From: Eledone cirrhosa
Lineage: Eukaryota
Length of the DNA: 64,000 nucleotides
Assembly (NCBI GenBank): GCA_964016885.1
Contig: OZ024743.1
Span: 243,474,001 to 243,538,000, forward strand
Direction of reading: 5' to 3'
The notes under the pieces were generated by a model that worked only from the letters and a program-made list of their open reading frames with translations, made no database searches and had not been told where the DNA came from. A program made the translations under genes and the position numbers. Below are positions 1 through 12,742 of the stretch, one piece after another; position 1 is the first letter of the stretch, and every line of letters begins with the position of its first letter.

Positions 1-3000
1 GCCATGTCCACATTAACTACTAGGTCATGTCCACATTAACTACTAGGCCATGTCCACATTAACTACTAGGCCATGTTCACATTAACGACGAGACCATGTC
101 CATATTAACCACTAGGCCATGTCCACATTAACTACTAGGCCATGTCCACATTAACTACTGGGTCATGTCCACATTAACTACTAGGCCATGTCCACATTAA
201 CCACTAGGTCATGTCCACATTAACTACTAGGCCATGTCCACATTAACTACTAGGCCTTGTCCACATTAACTACTAGGCCATGTCCACATTACCTTCTAGG
301 TCATGTCCACATTAACTACTAGGTCATGTCCTCAATAACTACTAGGTCATCTCCACATTAACCACTCGGCCATGTCCACATTAACCACTAGGTCATGTCC
401 ACATTAACTACTAGGCCATGTCCACATTAACCACTAGGGCATGTCCGCATTAACCACTAAGCCATGTCCACATTAACCACTAGTTCACGTCCACATTAAC
501 TACTAGGCCATGTCCACATTAACCACCAGTTCATGTCCACATTAACTACTAGGCCATGTCCACATTAACCACTAGGGCATGTCCGCATTAACCACTAAGC
601 CATGTCCACATTAACCACTAGGTCATGTCCACATTAAGTACTAGGTCATGTCCACATTAACTACTAGGTCAAGTGCACATTAACCACTAGGTCATGTCCA
701 CATTAACTACTAGGCCATGTCCACATTAATTACTAAGCAATGTCCACATTAACTACTAGGTCATGTCCACATTAACCACTAGGCCATGTCAACATTAACT
801 ACTAGGTCATGTCCACATTAACCACTAGGCCATGTCAACATTAACTACTTGGTCATGTCCACATTAATACTAGGTAATGTTCACATTAACCACAAGCCAT
901 GTCCACATTAACTACTAGGCCATGTCCACATTAACTACTAGGTTATGTCCACATTAAGTACTAGGCCATGTCCACATTAACTGCAGGCCATCTTCACATT
1001 AACTACGAGACCATGTCCACATTAACTAGTAGGCCATGTCCACATTAATTATTAGGTCATGTCCTCATTAACTACTAGGCCATGTCCACATTAAGTACTA
1101 GGTCATGGCCACATTAACCACTAGGCCATGCCCACATTAACTTCTATGCCATGTCTGCATATAGCACTAGGCCATGTCCACATTAACCACTAGGCCATGT
1201 CCACATTAACTACTAGGTCATATCCACATTAACTACTAATCTATGTCCACATTGACTACTAGGCCATGTCCACATTAACTACTAGGCCATGTCCACATTA
1301 ACTACTAGGGCATGTCCACATTAACCAATAGGCCATTTCCAAATTAACTACTAGGCCATGTCCACATTAACCTCAAGGTCATGTCCACACTAACTACTAG
1401 GCCATGTCCAACTTAACCTCTAGTTCATATCCACATTAACTACTAGTCCATGTCCACATTAACTACTATGCCATTTCCACATTAATTACTAAGCCATGTC
1501 CACATTAACTACTAGGTCATGTCCACATTAACCACTAGGCCATGTCCATATTAACTACTAGGACATGTCCACATTAACCACTAGGCCATGTCCACATTAA
1601 CCACTAGACCATGTCCACATTAACTACTAGGCCATGTCCACATTAACTGCTAGGCCATGTCCACATTAATCACTAGGCCATGTCCACATTAACTACTAGG
1701 CCATGTCAACATTAACCACTAGGACATGTCTACTTTAAATACTAGGCCATGTCCACATTAACCACAAGGCCATGTCCACATTAAATACTAGGCTATGCCC
1801 ATATGAACTACTAGGCCATGTCCACATTAACTACTAGGTCATGTCCACATTAACTACTAGGCCATGTCCACATTAACTACTAGGCCATGTTCACATTAAC
1901 GACGAGACCATGTCCATATTAACCACTAGGCCATGTCCACATTAACTACTAGGCCATGTCCACATTAACTACTAGGTCATGTCCACATTAACTACTAGGC
2001 CATGTCCACATTAACTACTAGGCCTTGTCCACATTAACTACTAGGCCATGTCCACATTACCTTCTAGGTCATGTCCACATTAACTACTAGGTCATGTCCT
2101 CAATAACTACTAGGTCATCTCCACATTAACCACTCGGCCATGTCCACATTAACCACTAGGTCATGTCCACATTAACTACTAGGCCATGTCCACATTAACC
2201 ACTAGGGCATGTCCGCATTAACCACTAAGCCATGTCCACATTAACCACTAGTTCACGTCCACATTAACTACTAGGCCATGTCCACATTAACCACCAGTTC
2301 ATGTCCGCATTAACCACTAAGCCATGTCCACATTAATTACTAAGCAATGTCCACATTAACTACTAGGTCATGTCCACATTAACCACTAGGCCATGTCAAC
2401 ATTAACTACTTGGTCATGTCCACATTAATACTAGGTAATGTCCACATTAACCACAAGCCATGTCCACATTAACTACTAGGCCATGTCCACATTAACTACT
2501 AGGTTATGTCCACATTAAGTACTAGGCCATGTCCACATTAACTACTAGGCCATGTCCACATTAACTACTAGGGTATGTCCACATTAACCAATAGGCCATT
2601 TCCAAATTAACTACTAGGCCATGTCCACATTAACCTCAAGGTCATGTCCACATTAACTACTAGGCCTTGTCCAACTTAGCCTCTAGTTCATATCCACATT
2701 AACTACTAGTCCATGTCCACATTAACTACTATGCCATTTCCACATTAATTACTAAGCCATGTCCACATTAACCACAAGCCATGTCCACATTAACTACTAG
2801 GCCATGTCCACATTAACTTCTAGGCCATGTCTGCATATAGCACTAGGCAATGTCCACATTAACCACTAGGCCATGTCTACATTAACTACTAGGCCATGTT
2901 CACATTAACCACTAAACCATCTCCACATTAACTACTAGGCCATATCCACATTAACTACTACTCCATGTCCACATTAACTACTAGCTCATGTCTACACTAA

Positions 3001-6000
3001 TCACAAGGCCATGTCTGCATTAGCTATAGGCCATGTGCACATTAACGACTAGGCCATGTCCACATTAACTACTGATCTATTTCCACATTAACAACTAGGT
3101 CATTTCCACATTAAGCACTAGGACATATCCATATTAACTACTAGTCCATGTCCACATTAACTACTAGGCCATGTCCACATTAACTACTAGGTCATATCCA
3201 CATTAACTACTGATCTATTTCCACATTAATAACTAGGCCATGTCCACATTATCTACTAGGTCATATCCACATTATCTACTAATCTATTTCCACATTAACT
3301 ACTATGCCATGTCCACATTAACTACTAGGCCATGTCCACATTAACTACTAGGCCATGTCCACATTAACCAATAGGCCATGTCCAAATTAACTACTAGGCC
3401 ATGTCCACATTAACCACTACACCATGTCCTCATTAACTAGTAGGCCATGTCCACATTAACTACTAGGCCATGTCCACATTAACTACTAGGCCATGTCAAC
3501 ATTAACTACGACGCCATGTCCACATTAATTACTAGGCCATATCCGCATTAACTACTAGTCCATGTCCACATTAACTACTAGGCCATGTCCACATTAATTA
3601 CTAAGCCATGTCCACATTAACTACTAGGTCATGTCCACATTAACCACTAGGCTATGTCCATATTAACTACTAGGACATGTCCACATTAACCACTGGGCCA
3701 TGTCCACATTAACCACTAGACCATGTCCACATTAACTACTAGGCCATGTCCACATTAACTGCTAGGCCATGTCCACATTAATCACTAGGCCATGTCCACA
3801 TTAACCACCAAGCCATGTCCACATTAACCACTAGGTCATGTCCACATTAACTACTAGGTTATGTCCACATTAACTATTAGGTTATGTCCACATTAACTAC
3901 TAGGCCATGTCCACATTAACTACAAGGCCATGTTCACATTAACTACTAGGCCATGTCCACATTAATTACTAGGTCATGTCCACATTAACCACTAGGCCAT
4001 ATCCACATTAACCAATAAGCCATGTGCACATTATCTACTAGGCCATCTCCACATTAACCACTAGGCGATGCCCTACATTAACTACTAGGCCATGTCCACT
4101 TTAACTACTAGGCCATGTCTACATTAACCACTAGGCCATGTTTACATTAACTACTAGGCCATGTTCCCACTAACAATAAGGCCATGTCTGCATTAACTAT
4201 AGGCCATGTGCACATTAACGACTAGGCCATGTCCACATTAACTACTAGGCCATGTTCACATTAACTACTAGGCCATGTCCACATTAACCACTAGGCCATG
4301 TCTACATTAAATACTAGGCCATGTCCACATTAACCACAAGGCCATGTCCACATTAACTACTAGGCCATATCCACATTAACTACTAGTCCTTGTCCACATT
4401 AACTACTAGGCCATGTTCACATTAACTACTAGGTCATGTCCACATTAACTACTAGGCCATGTTTGCATATAGCACTAGGCCATGTCCACATTAACTACTA
4501 GGGCATCTCCACATTAACCAATAGGCCATCTCCACATTAACTACTAGTCCATGTCCTCATTAACTACTAGGCCATGTCCACATTAATTACTAAGCCATGT
4601 CCACATTATCTACTAGGCCATGTCCACATTCACTACTAGGCCATGTCTACATTAATTACTAAGCCATGTCCACATTAACTACTAGGCCATCTCCACATTC
4701 ACTACTAGGCCATGTCCACATTAATTACTAAGCCATGTCCACATTAACTACTAGGTCATGTCCACATTAACCACAAGCCATGTCCACATTAACTACTAGG
4801 CCATATCCACATTAACTACTAGGCCATGTCCACAGAAACTACTAGGCCATGTCTGCATATAGCACTAGGCCATGTCCACATTAACTAGTAGGCCATGTCC
4901 ACGTTAACCACTAGGCCATGACCCCATTAACTATTATGCCATGTGCACATTAACTACTAGCTTATGTCCACATTAACCACTAGGCCATGTCCACATTAAC
5001 CACTAGACCATGTCCACATTAACTACTAGGCCATGTCCACATTAACTGCTAGGCCATGTGCACATTAATCACTAGGCCATGTCCACATTAACCACCAAGC
5101 CATGTCCACATTAACCACTAGGCCATGTCCACATTAACTACTAGGTTATGTCCACATTAACTACTAGGCCATGTCCACATTAACTACTAGGTCATGTCCA
5201 CATTAACTACTAGGCCATGTCCATATTAACTACTAGGCCATGTCCACATTAACCACTAGGTCATGTCCACATTAACCGCTAAGCCATGTCCATGTTAACC
5301 AATAAGCCATGTGCACATTATCTACTAGGCCATGTCCACATTAACCACTAGGCCATGTCTGCATTAACTATAGACCATGTGCACATTAACGACTAGGCCA
5401 TGTCCACATTAACTACTAGGTCATGTCCACATTGACTACTAGGTCAAGTCCATATTAACCACTAGGTCATGTCCACATTAACTACTAGGCCATGTCCACA
5501 TTAACTGCTAGGCCATGACCACATTAACTACTAGGCCATGTCCACATTAACCTCAAGGTCATTTCCACATTAACTACTAGGCCATGTCCACATTAACCTC
5601 TAGGTCATGTCTACATTAATTACTAGTCCATGTCCACATTAACTACTATGCCATGCCCACATTAAAGACTAGGCCATCTCCACATTAGCTGCTAGGCCAT
5701 GTCCACATTAATTACTAAGCCATGTCCACATTAACTACTAGGCCATGTCCACATTAACTACTAGGCCATGTCCACATTAACTACTAGGCCATGTCCACAT
5801 TAATTAATAAGCCATGTCCACATTAACTACTAGGTCATGTCCTCATTAACTACTAGGTTATGTCCACATTAACCACAAGCCATGTCCACATTAACTACTA
5901 GGCCGTCTCCACATTAACCACTAGGCCATGTCGACATTAATTACTAGGCCATGACCACATTATCTACTAGGCCATGTCCACATTAGCCACTAGGCCATGT

Positions 6001-7595
6001 CCACATTAATTACTAGGCCATGACCACATTAACTACTAGGCCATGTCCATATTAACTACTAGGCCATGTCTACATTAACTACTAGGCCATGTCCACATTA
6101 ACTACTAGTTAATATCCACATTAACCACTAGGCCATGTCCATATTAACTACTAGGCCATGTCCTCATTAACTACTAGGCCATGTCCATATTAACTACTAG
6201 GCCATGTCTACATTAACTACTAGGCCATGTCCACATTAACTACTAGTTAATATCCACATTAACCACTAGGCCATGTCCATATTAACTACTAGGCCATGAC
6301 CACATTAACTACTAGGCCATGTCCATATTAACTACTAGGCCATGTCCACATTAACTACTAGTTAATATCCACATTAACTACTAGGTCATGTCCACATTAA
6401 CTACTAGGCCATGTCCACATTAACTACTAGGCCATGTCGACATGCACTACTAGACCATGTCCACATTAACTACTAGGTCATGTCCTCATTAACTACTAGG
6501 CCATGTCCAGATTAACTACTATGCCATGTCCACATTAACTACTAGGCCATGTCCATATTAACCACTAGGCATGTCCACATTAACTATTAGGCCATGTCCA
6601 CATTAACTACTAGGCCATGTCCACATTAACCCACTAGGTCATGTCCAAATTAACTATTAGGCCATGTCCACATTAACCACAAGCCATGTCCACATTAACT
6701 ACTAGGCCATGTCCACATTAACTACTCAGCCATGTTCACATTAACCACTAGGCCATGTCCACATTAACCACTTGGTCATGTCCCCATTAACTACTATGCC
6801 ATGTCGACATTAACTACTAGGCCGTCTCCACATTAACTACTAGGCCATGTCCACATTAACTACTAGGCCATGTCCACATTAACTAGTAGGCCATGTCCAC
6901 ATTAACCACTAGGCCATGTCCACATTAATTACTAGGCCATGTCCATATTAACCACTAGGTCATGTCCACATCAACTACTAGGCCATGTCCACATTAACTA
7001 CTATGCCATGTCTACATTAACTACTAGGCCATGTTCACATTAACTACTAGGCCATGTCCACATTAACCACTAGGCCATGTCCACATTAATTACTAGGCCA
7101 TGTCCACATTAACTACTAGGTCATGTCGACATTAACGACTGGGCCATGTCCACATTAACTACTAGGTCAAGTCCACATTAACTACTAGGCCATGTCCACA
7201 TTAACTACTAGGCCATGTCCACATTAACTACTGGGCCATGTCCACATTAACTACTAGGCCATGTCCACATTAACCACAAGCCATGTCCACATTAACTACT
7301 AGGCCATGTCCACATTAACTACTAGGCCATGTACACATTAACCACTAGGTCATGTCCACATTAACCACTAGGCGATGTCCACATTAACTACTAGGCCATG
7401 TCCACATTAACTACTAGGCCATGTCCACATTAACCACTAGGTCATGTCCACATTAACTACTAGGCCATGTCCACATTAACTACTAGGCCATGTCCACATT
7501 AACTACTAGGCCATGTCCACATTAACTACTAGGCCATGTCCACATTAACCACTAGACCATGTCCACATTAACTACTAGGCCATGTCAACATTAAC
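1..7595. repeat. 23-bp tandem satellite (consensus GCCATGTCCACATTAACTACTAG), roughly 330 copies, extends past window start
   Basis: Direct 23-nt periodicity with point variants throughout. Confidence 0.98.
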
Positions 7596-7599
7596 CCCA

Positions 7600-8248
7600 T
7601 TACTACAGTCATACATATCATAATAGCTCATGACATGAAAGATGTATACTACAGTAATACATATCGTAATAGCTTATGACATGAAAGATGTATACTATAT
7701 TCATACATATCGTAATAGCTTATGACATGAAAGATGTATACTATATTCATACATATCGTAATAGCTTATGACATGAAAGATGTATACTATAATCATACAT
7801 ATTGTAATAGCTTATGACATGAAAGATGTATACTATAGTCATATATATATTATAATAGTTTATGACATGAAAGATGTATACTATAATCATACATATTGTA
7901 ATAGCTTATGACATGAAAGATGTATACTACAGTCATATATATTGTAATAGTTTATGACATGAAAGATGTATACTATAATCATACATATCGTAATAGCTTA
8001 TGACATGAAAGATGTATACTACAGTCATATATATTATAATAGTTTATGACATGAAAGATGTATACTACAGTCATATATATTATAATAGTTTATGACATGA
8101 AAGATGTATACTACAGTCATATATATTATAATAGTTTATGACATGAAAGATGTATACTATAGTCATATATATATTGTAATAGTTTATGACATGAAAGATG
8201 TATACTATAGTCATATATATATCGTAATAGTTTATGACATGAAAGATG
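7600..8248. repeat. ~46-bp AT-rich minisatellite (ATAGCTTATGACATGAAAGATGTATACTATAGTCATATATATTGTA-like), ~14 copies
   Basis: Repeating TATGACATGAAAGATGTATACTA core every 46-48 nt. Confidence 0.95.
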
Positions 8249-8828
8249 TTTGCTACACATATCTTTTGTTGACTACATTTTAATTGGAGCAATTCTTTTT
8301 ACTATTTACATGTCACACAAACGAGATTGTTATATAAATAATCAATATCAATCACCTTCAACAAAATCCTATCATATTGTTTATTGTAATATTGATTCTT
8401 CCCTACATTTATGCATTGTTGTGTATTCATTTTAATGTCTCCAACATTCCCTGTTACTTATTCTACAGCCTGTCATAATTGCATGAAATTTTAAAGAACA
8501 CTGTATATTAACTTCATTGTCAGCTTCCCTTTGTATAAAAGCATAAAATATTCTAAAGGAAATCAATAGACCTTTGCTAAAAAGCTTACAGTAGCTATAT
8601 CTGGTCACATGGGAAATATGTTTATGTATTTAATATATTATTTCCTATTTTAACATTTAACCTATATCACTGAGTAAAAAGCTTAAGTAAATATACATAT
8701 ATGTTTGTATATATGTACATACAGTTATGTGGAATATAAGGCAAGATCCTACAAATTCATATTCACTGTCATTTCTATTTTTGTATCACTTAGAATAATG
8801 CACAATACAATATATGTATATATATATC

Positions 8829-9160
8829 TCTTATGTCCGCTTTTTCCCTGCTTGCAAGGGTGGGACAGGAACTGATTCTGGCTTGATTTCTACAGCCGGA
8901 TGCCCTTCCTAACACCAACCTCATTTACAGTGAGTGTTGGGTGCTTTTTTGCCGTGGCACTTACACGTTCACTTTACAGTGTGGGCTGGGTGCTTTTTTG
9001 CCATGGCACCCCCCACAATCATTTCTACAGCTGAGTAAACTGGAGCAATGTGAAATAAAGTGTCTTGCTCAAGGAAACAATACATCACCCGGTTTGAGAA
9101 TTGAACTCACAACCTTTCGATTGCAAGGCCAATGCTCTAACCACTAAGCCATGTGCCTCC
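8829..9160 (-). mobile_element. tRNA-headed SINE with RTE-like 3' tail, in (TA)n
   Basis: Reverse complement of the 54452-54785 element: A/B-box head (TGGCTTAGTGG / GAGTTCAATTC) and GGTTGGTGTTAGGAAGGGCATCC tail shared with the RTE 3' UTRs. Confidence 0.85.
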
Positions 9161-9164
9161 ATAT

Positions 9165-11186
9165 ATATATAGTATTAAGGATACTATTTATGGTTATGTA
9201 TATACTAAAACCTTTTATAGTTATATATATTTTAAACCCAAAACAGTGGAAGACAGTAATTTATTACTACCTTATTACCAGTAAGATAAATAGCTCAATG
9301 TAATAACATCAGTTGTTCTACAGAGCAGTTATATAGAAATTACATGAATCAAAGTTCTGTTCAAACTATTTATTAGCTTACAATTGTTTCTTCCAAACCG
9401 AGGTTTGAAGTCTTCGGAGCAATTTTTCAATGATTGTTTACATACATGACCTCCTTTCCAACACAAGAGACATACAGAAACATATGTATATATCGATGTA
9501 CAGTGGGTTGACATCCATTATAATATTTTAGCATGGCAATTTACATTCAAAGATTAAAGTCATATTAAAAGAAAATTAAAACAAGATTAAAGTTAAAATA
9601 CAACATTGGCAGTTTACGAAGATAATGCAAGAGGATAGTTTGAAGTAGTTAGTGTATGCAATAGTTGCACGTGGGGCATGCACGTGTGTCTTATTTATAT
9701 AAGATTAATGTGCAGCAAGGTGTTATATGCAATACAAGCACTTTAAGCAGGTAATCAAGAGTATTATGGGGGTTGTACTGGTAAAGTATTTTTTATGTAT
9801 GATATAGAAGCTTGTGTGCAGAGAAATATTAAAAATGAGAAGCAAAATAATGTTATGGTTTTCGTATACACCACCATTTTCACAATCCAGGAAACGTAAT
9901 ATATAGATTATATGTTCTTCACATAATCAACGATGATTAAATATTGGATGCTTGATGAATTAGGTTAGATTATTACAGCTTGTTGTTCTTTAATCCAATT
10001 TTATAGAGCAGGTTGTTTTTGTTGCGAGAATTAACATCGTTTTATTTTCCGGAAGTGTGTGTGTGATTAAGGGGAGTTAATGCGTGAGGGGAGGTAACTA
10101 GTTGATTTCTATAACTAAATTTATTATCCCAAAGTACATTAAATGGTGTCCCAAATGAGTCCCTATCATATAAGGTTATAAACAGTTTCTAAATTTAGGA
10201 TAGGATAGGATACTTACCGGGTGTCTGTGTGTGTTTATATTCGTTTATTTATTTGTTTATTTACATGTTACTGGTTGGTTGTTTGTTCTATGTGCGTGTG
10301 TGTTTTCATTTTGTCCTTAATTGTAAGTTGTGATGTTGCTGTTCCACTCATGTTTTCTATTTAATTTTGGTTGTAATTCTTTTATGTTTATTGCCTCTGT
10401 GATTTGTCTAAACATTGCGTCTTTTCTGTGTGTAGATTCTATTTTTATTTCTATGTTCTCTAATTTACCCTTATGTTCTATTTTAGCATGTTGGTAGAGT
10501 GCAGATGATTCTTTACTATCTTGAAGGTCTCGCTAGTGTTCATTTATCCGTTCCCCTACACTACGAGCTGTCTCACCTATGTACACTATATTTTTATCTC
10601 TACATTGTCCTTCAGTACATCTTATGCTATATACTACATTTCTAGTTTTACAGTTAATATGGGGGCTTAATTTACAGGTTATACATTTCTTATCTATACA
10701 GGGGGTCTTTGAAAAGGGTATGTCTTGCTAATAAGTGTTTTTATGGAGGTACCTGGTCTTTCTACTATCTTAATATTGAGTTTATGTTTATCTAGGGCCC
10801 TTCTAAATTTGTAAGCTAATTCACCTCTAGGAGTTGTATCGATGAACATTACACTCTGGTATTTATTGCTATCATACCATGAGTTTATTCTATTAGCCTT
10901 ATTCCTAGTTCTTTCTATTCTATTCCAAAATTTACTCCTATACAAGGGGCAGGTCCTATTTGCGTCATTATTTACCACTTTTTCCCATTTGGTTCTGGCT
11001 CCTCTATACACTCTGATTTTATCTCTCTGATTGTAACCAGAGAACTGCATACGGTGGATGAAGTGTTGTATGTGTCTCTCTAGTTCTTCTGGGTTGCACA
11101 TGCGGGACACGTTTCTCATCACCCGTACCAAATCCGCAATCAGTATGTTGATTTTGGTATGGTCCGAAACAGCTGAGTTTCGGTGG
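9165..11186 (-). mobile_element. 5'-truncated Penelope-like retroelement (RT C-terminus + GIY-YIG endonuclease, decayed) with long 3' region
   Basis: ORF 10694-11389 internal part (HRNSAVSDHTKINILIADLVRVMRNVS...QFSGY). Manual translation of ~10690-10350 gives CITC..CKTRNVVYSIRC..C..YIGETARSVGERINEH*, a GIY-YIG motif with a stop. Flanked by (TA)n. Confidence 0.8.
9376..9420 (-). ncRNA. Degenerate type I hammerhead ribozyme motif
   Basis: gct CCGAAGA CTTCAAACC-TC-GGTTTGGAA GAAAC AATT GTA agc: stem I 3 bp, stem II 8 bp, palindromic stem III; core U4 changed to C. Confidence 0.6.
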
Positions 11187-11264
11187 ATCATATATATATA
11201 TAAACCCATACGAGCGTGGAATATGGACGTTAAACGATGATGATGATATATATATATATATATA

Positions 11265-11727
11265 TTAGAAAATAGAATAGCTTTCACCGTATTGTTGACT
11301 AAAGGAATTTTAGCCTGATAATGGGGTTTAGAACCCTCAGATAAATGGAAAAAGATGAGTATTGATGTACATGGGAGTCGAACCCACATCTTTAGTCAAA
11401 AATACGGTGAAAGCTATTCTATTTTCTAATTTCAAACCTGCTCACTGTTTCAAACATACTTACTTGCCATTTAAACTCGCTAAGAATGTAGCTTCTAATT
11501 TGAATGGAAAGATATGGGTGATGTTCTGGTGTAATGGTAGCACAGTGGTCGTGATAACCAAAGGTGTGGGTTCGACTCCCATGTACGTCAATACTCATCT
11601 TTTTCCATTTATCTGAGGGTTCTAAACCCCATTATCAGGCTAAAATTCCTTTAGTCAAAAATACGGTGAAAGCTATTCTATTTTCTAATTTCAAACCTGC
11701 TCACTGTTTCAAAACATACTTACTTGA
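11265..11727. mobile_element. Small (TA)n-flanked element with tRNA-like head, inverted 5' segment and partial tandem repeat
   Basis: 11265-11389 is the reverse complement of 11564-11689; 11390-11466 repeats directly at 11649-11727; diverged homolog at 32321-32580. Confidence 0.75.
11520..11590 (+). ncRNA. tRNA-like cloverleaf (probably SINE head or pseudo-tRNA), followed by TTTTT at 11600-11604
   Basis: GATGTTC/GTACGTC acceptor (1 mismatch), GTGT/GCAC D-stem, TGGT/ACCA anticodon stem, GTGGG-TTCGACT-CCCAT T-arm; loop CGTGATA lacks U33. Confidence 0.6.
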
Positions 11728-11959
11728 TATATATATATATATATATATATTATTAAATTTATTTTTGTTATATTTTATATTTTATTTTTTAAATTTTGTT
11801 ATTGCCTCCTCCTTATTGATGACGTTTTTTATGTAAACTCCCCCCATTGTACTTGTCCCACTTTTGATGCCCTGGTGGCAAATAAAAAGAAAGTTATATA
11901 TATTTCGTTTCTGAATTTGTTTAGCAAGATTCTTTATCTGAAATCGTGTGTTGAAACCG

Positions 11960-12133
11960 ATATTGTTATACTTTGGGAGGGTCATGTTGCCAATAAGAAA
12001 CACACGCACCAGTTGCTTTCACTTCAATTTATTATATATTTATAAATTTACAAATATATAATAAATTGAAGTGAAAGCAACTGGTGCGTGTGTTTCTTAT
12101 TGGCAACATGACCCTCCCAAAGTATAACAATAT
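11960..12133. repeat. Near-perfect 174-bp palindrome (82-bp arms)
   Basis: 11960-12041 is the exact reverse complement of 12052-12133. Confidence 0.92.
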
Positions 12134-12140
12134 ATATATA

Positions 12141-12648
12141 TATAACACAGTAAAAAGAGACGGACACAGATATATAGCTATATGCATTCAAATCATAGGA
12201 GACAGAAACCGTCAGAGTGAAGAAAATGGTGATAAAAATAGTACGGTTCACAGAACTCAAAAGGATAAATAGAGATATACAAACCCACTGTGATAGTTAT
12301 CATGCATACAGACACCTTTCGGGTAGAACTGTTTCGCAACTAAGTGAAGAGAATTACTGGTTCGAATGCTTTTCAATGGATGCTTCCACCCGGCACGCGA
12401 TAACCATGTGCTTTCTCTCTTAACACATTTATGTTATTTAGTCTTCTAAGAAATTTAATAATGTGGGGTTTACTGGTCTGGATGCATGATAGTTATCATA
12501 GTCAATTCATATATCTCTATTTATCCTTTTGAGTTCTGTGAACCGTACTATTTTCGTCAGTATTTTCTTCACCCTGGCAGTTTCTGTCCCTTATGATTTG
12601 AATGCATATAGTTATATATCTGTGTTCACCTCTCTTTACTGTGTTATA
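12141..12648. mobile_element. MITE-like element with ~170-bp imperfect terminal inverted repeats
   Basis: TATAACACAGTAAA...CATGCATACAGAC matches the reverse complement GTCTGGATGCATG...TTTACTGTGTTATA; ~160-bp spacer. Confidence 0.75.
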
Positions 12649-12707
12649 AGGCCTGTAAATTTTTTTTCTTGAGCTAATTTGATTATAAGGGACTATTGTG
12701 AGTTTTT

Positions 12708-12740
<33 letters not shown>

Positions 12741-12742
<2 letters not shown>

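Noticed and set aside
1-8248. CRISPR-like regular repeats
   Set aside because: Head-to-tail tandem units with no unique spacers, no cas genes, eukaryotic context.
11325-11345. CTGATAA + GGGTT/AACCC hairpin as hammerhead
   Set aside because: No GAAA box or cleavage triplet; not conserved in the second copy.
10694-11389. 231-aa ORF as a single gene
   Set aside because: Chance fusion of three separate repeats across TA tracts; only the part below ~11186 is Penelope-derived.
11520-11590. Functional tRNA-Ser(TGA)
   Set aside because: No U33 or purine 37, no long variable arm, mismatched stems, and the loop is not conserved in the second copy.
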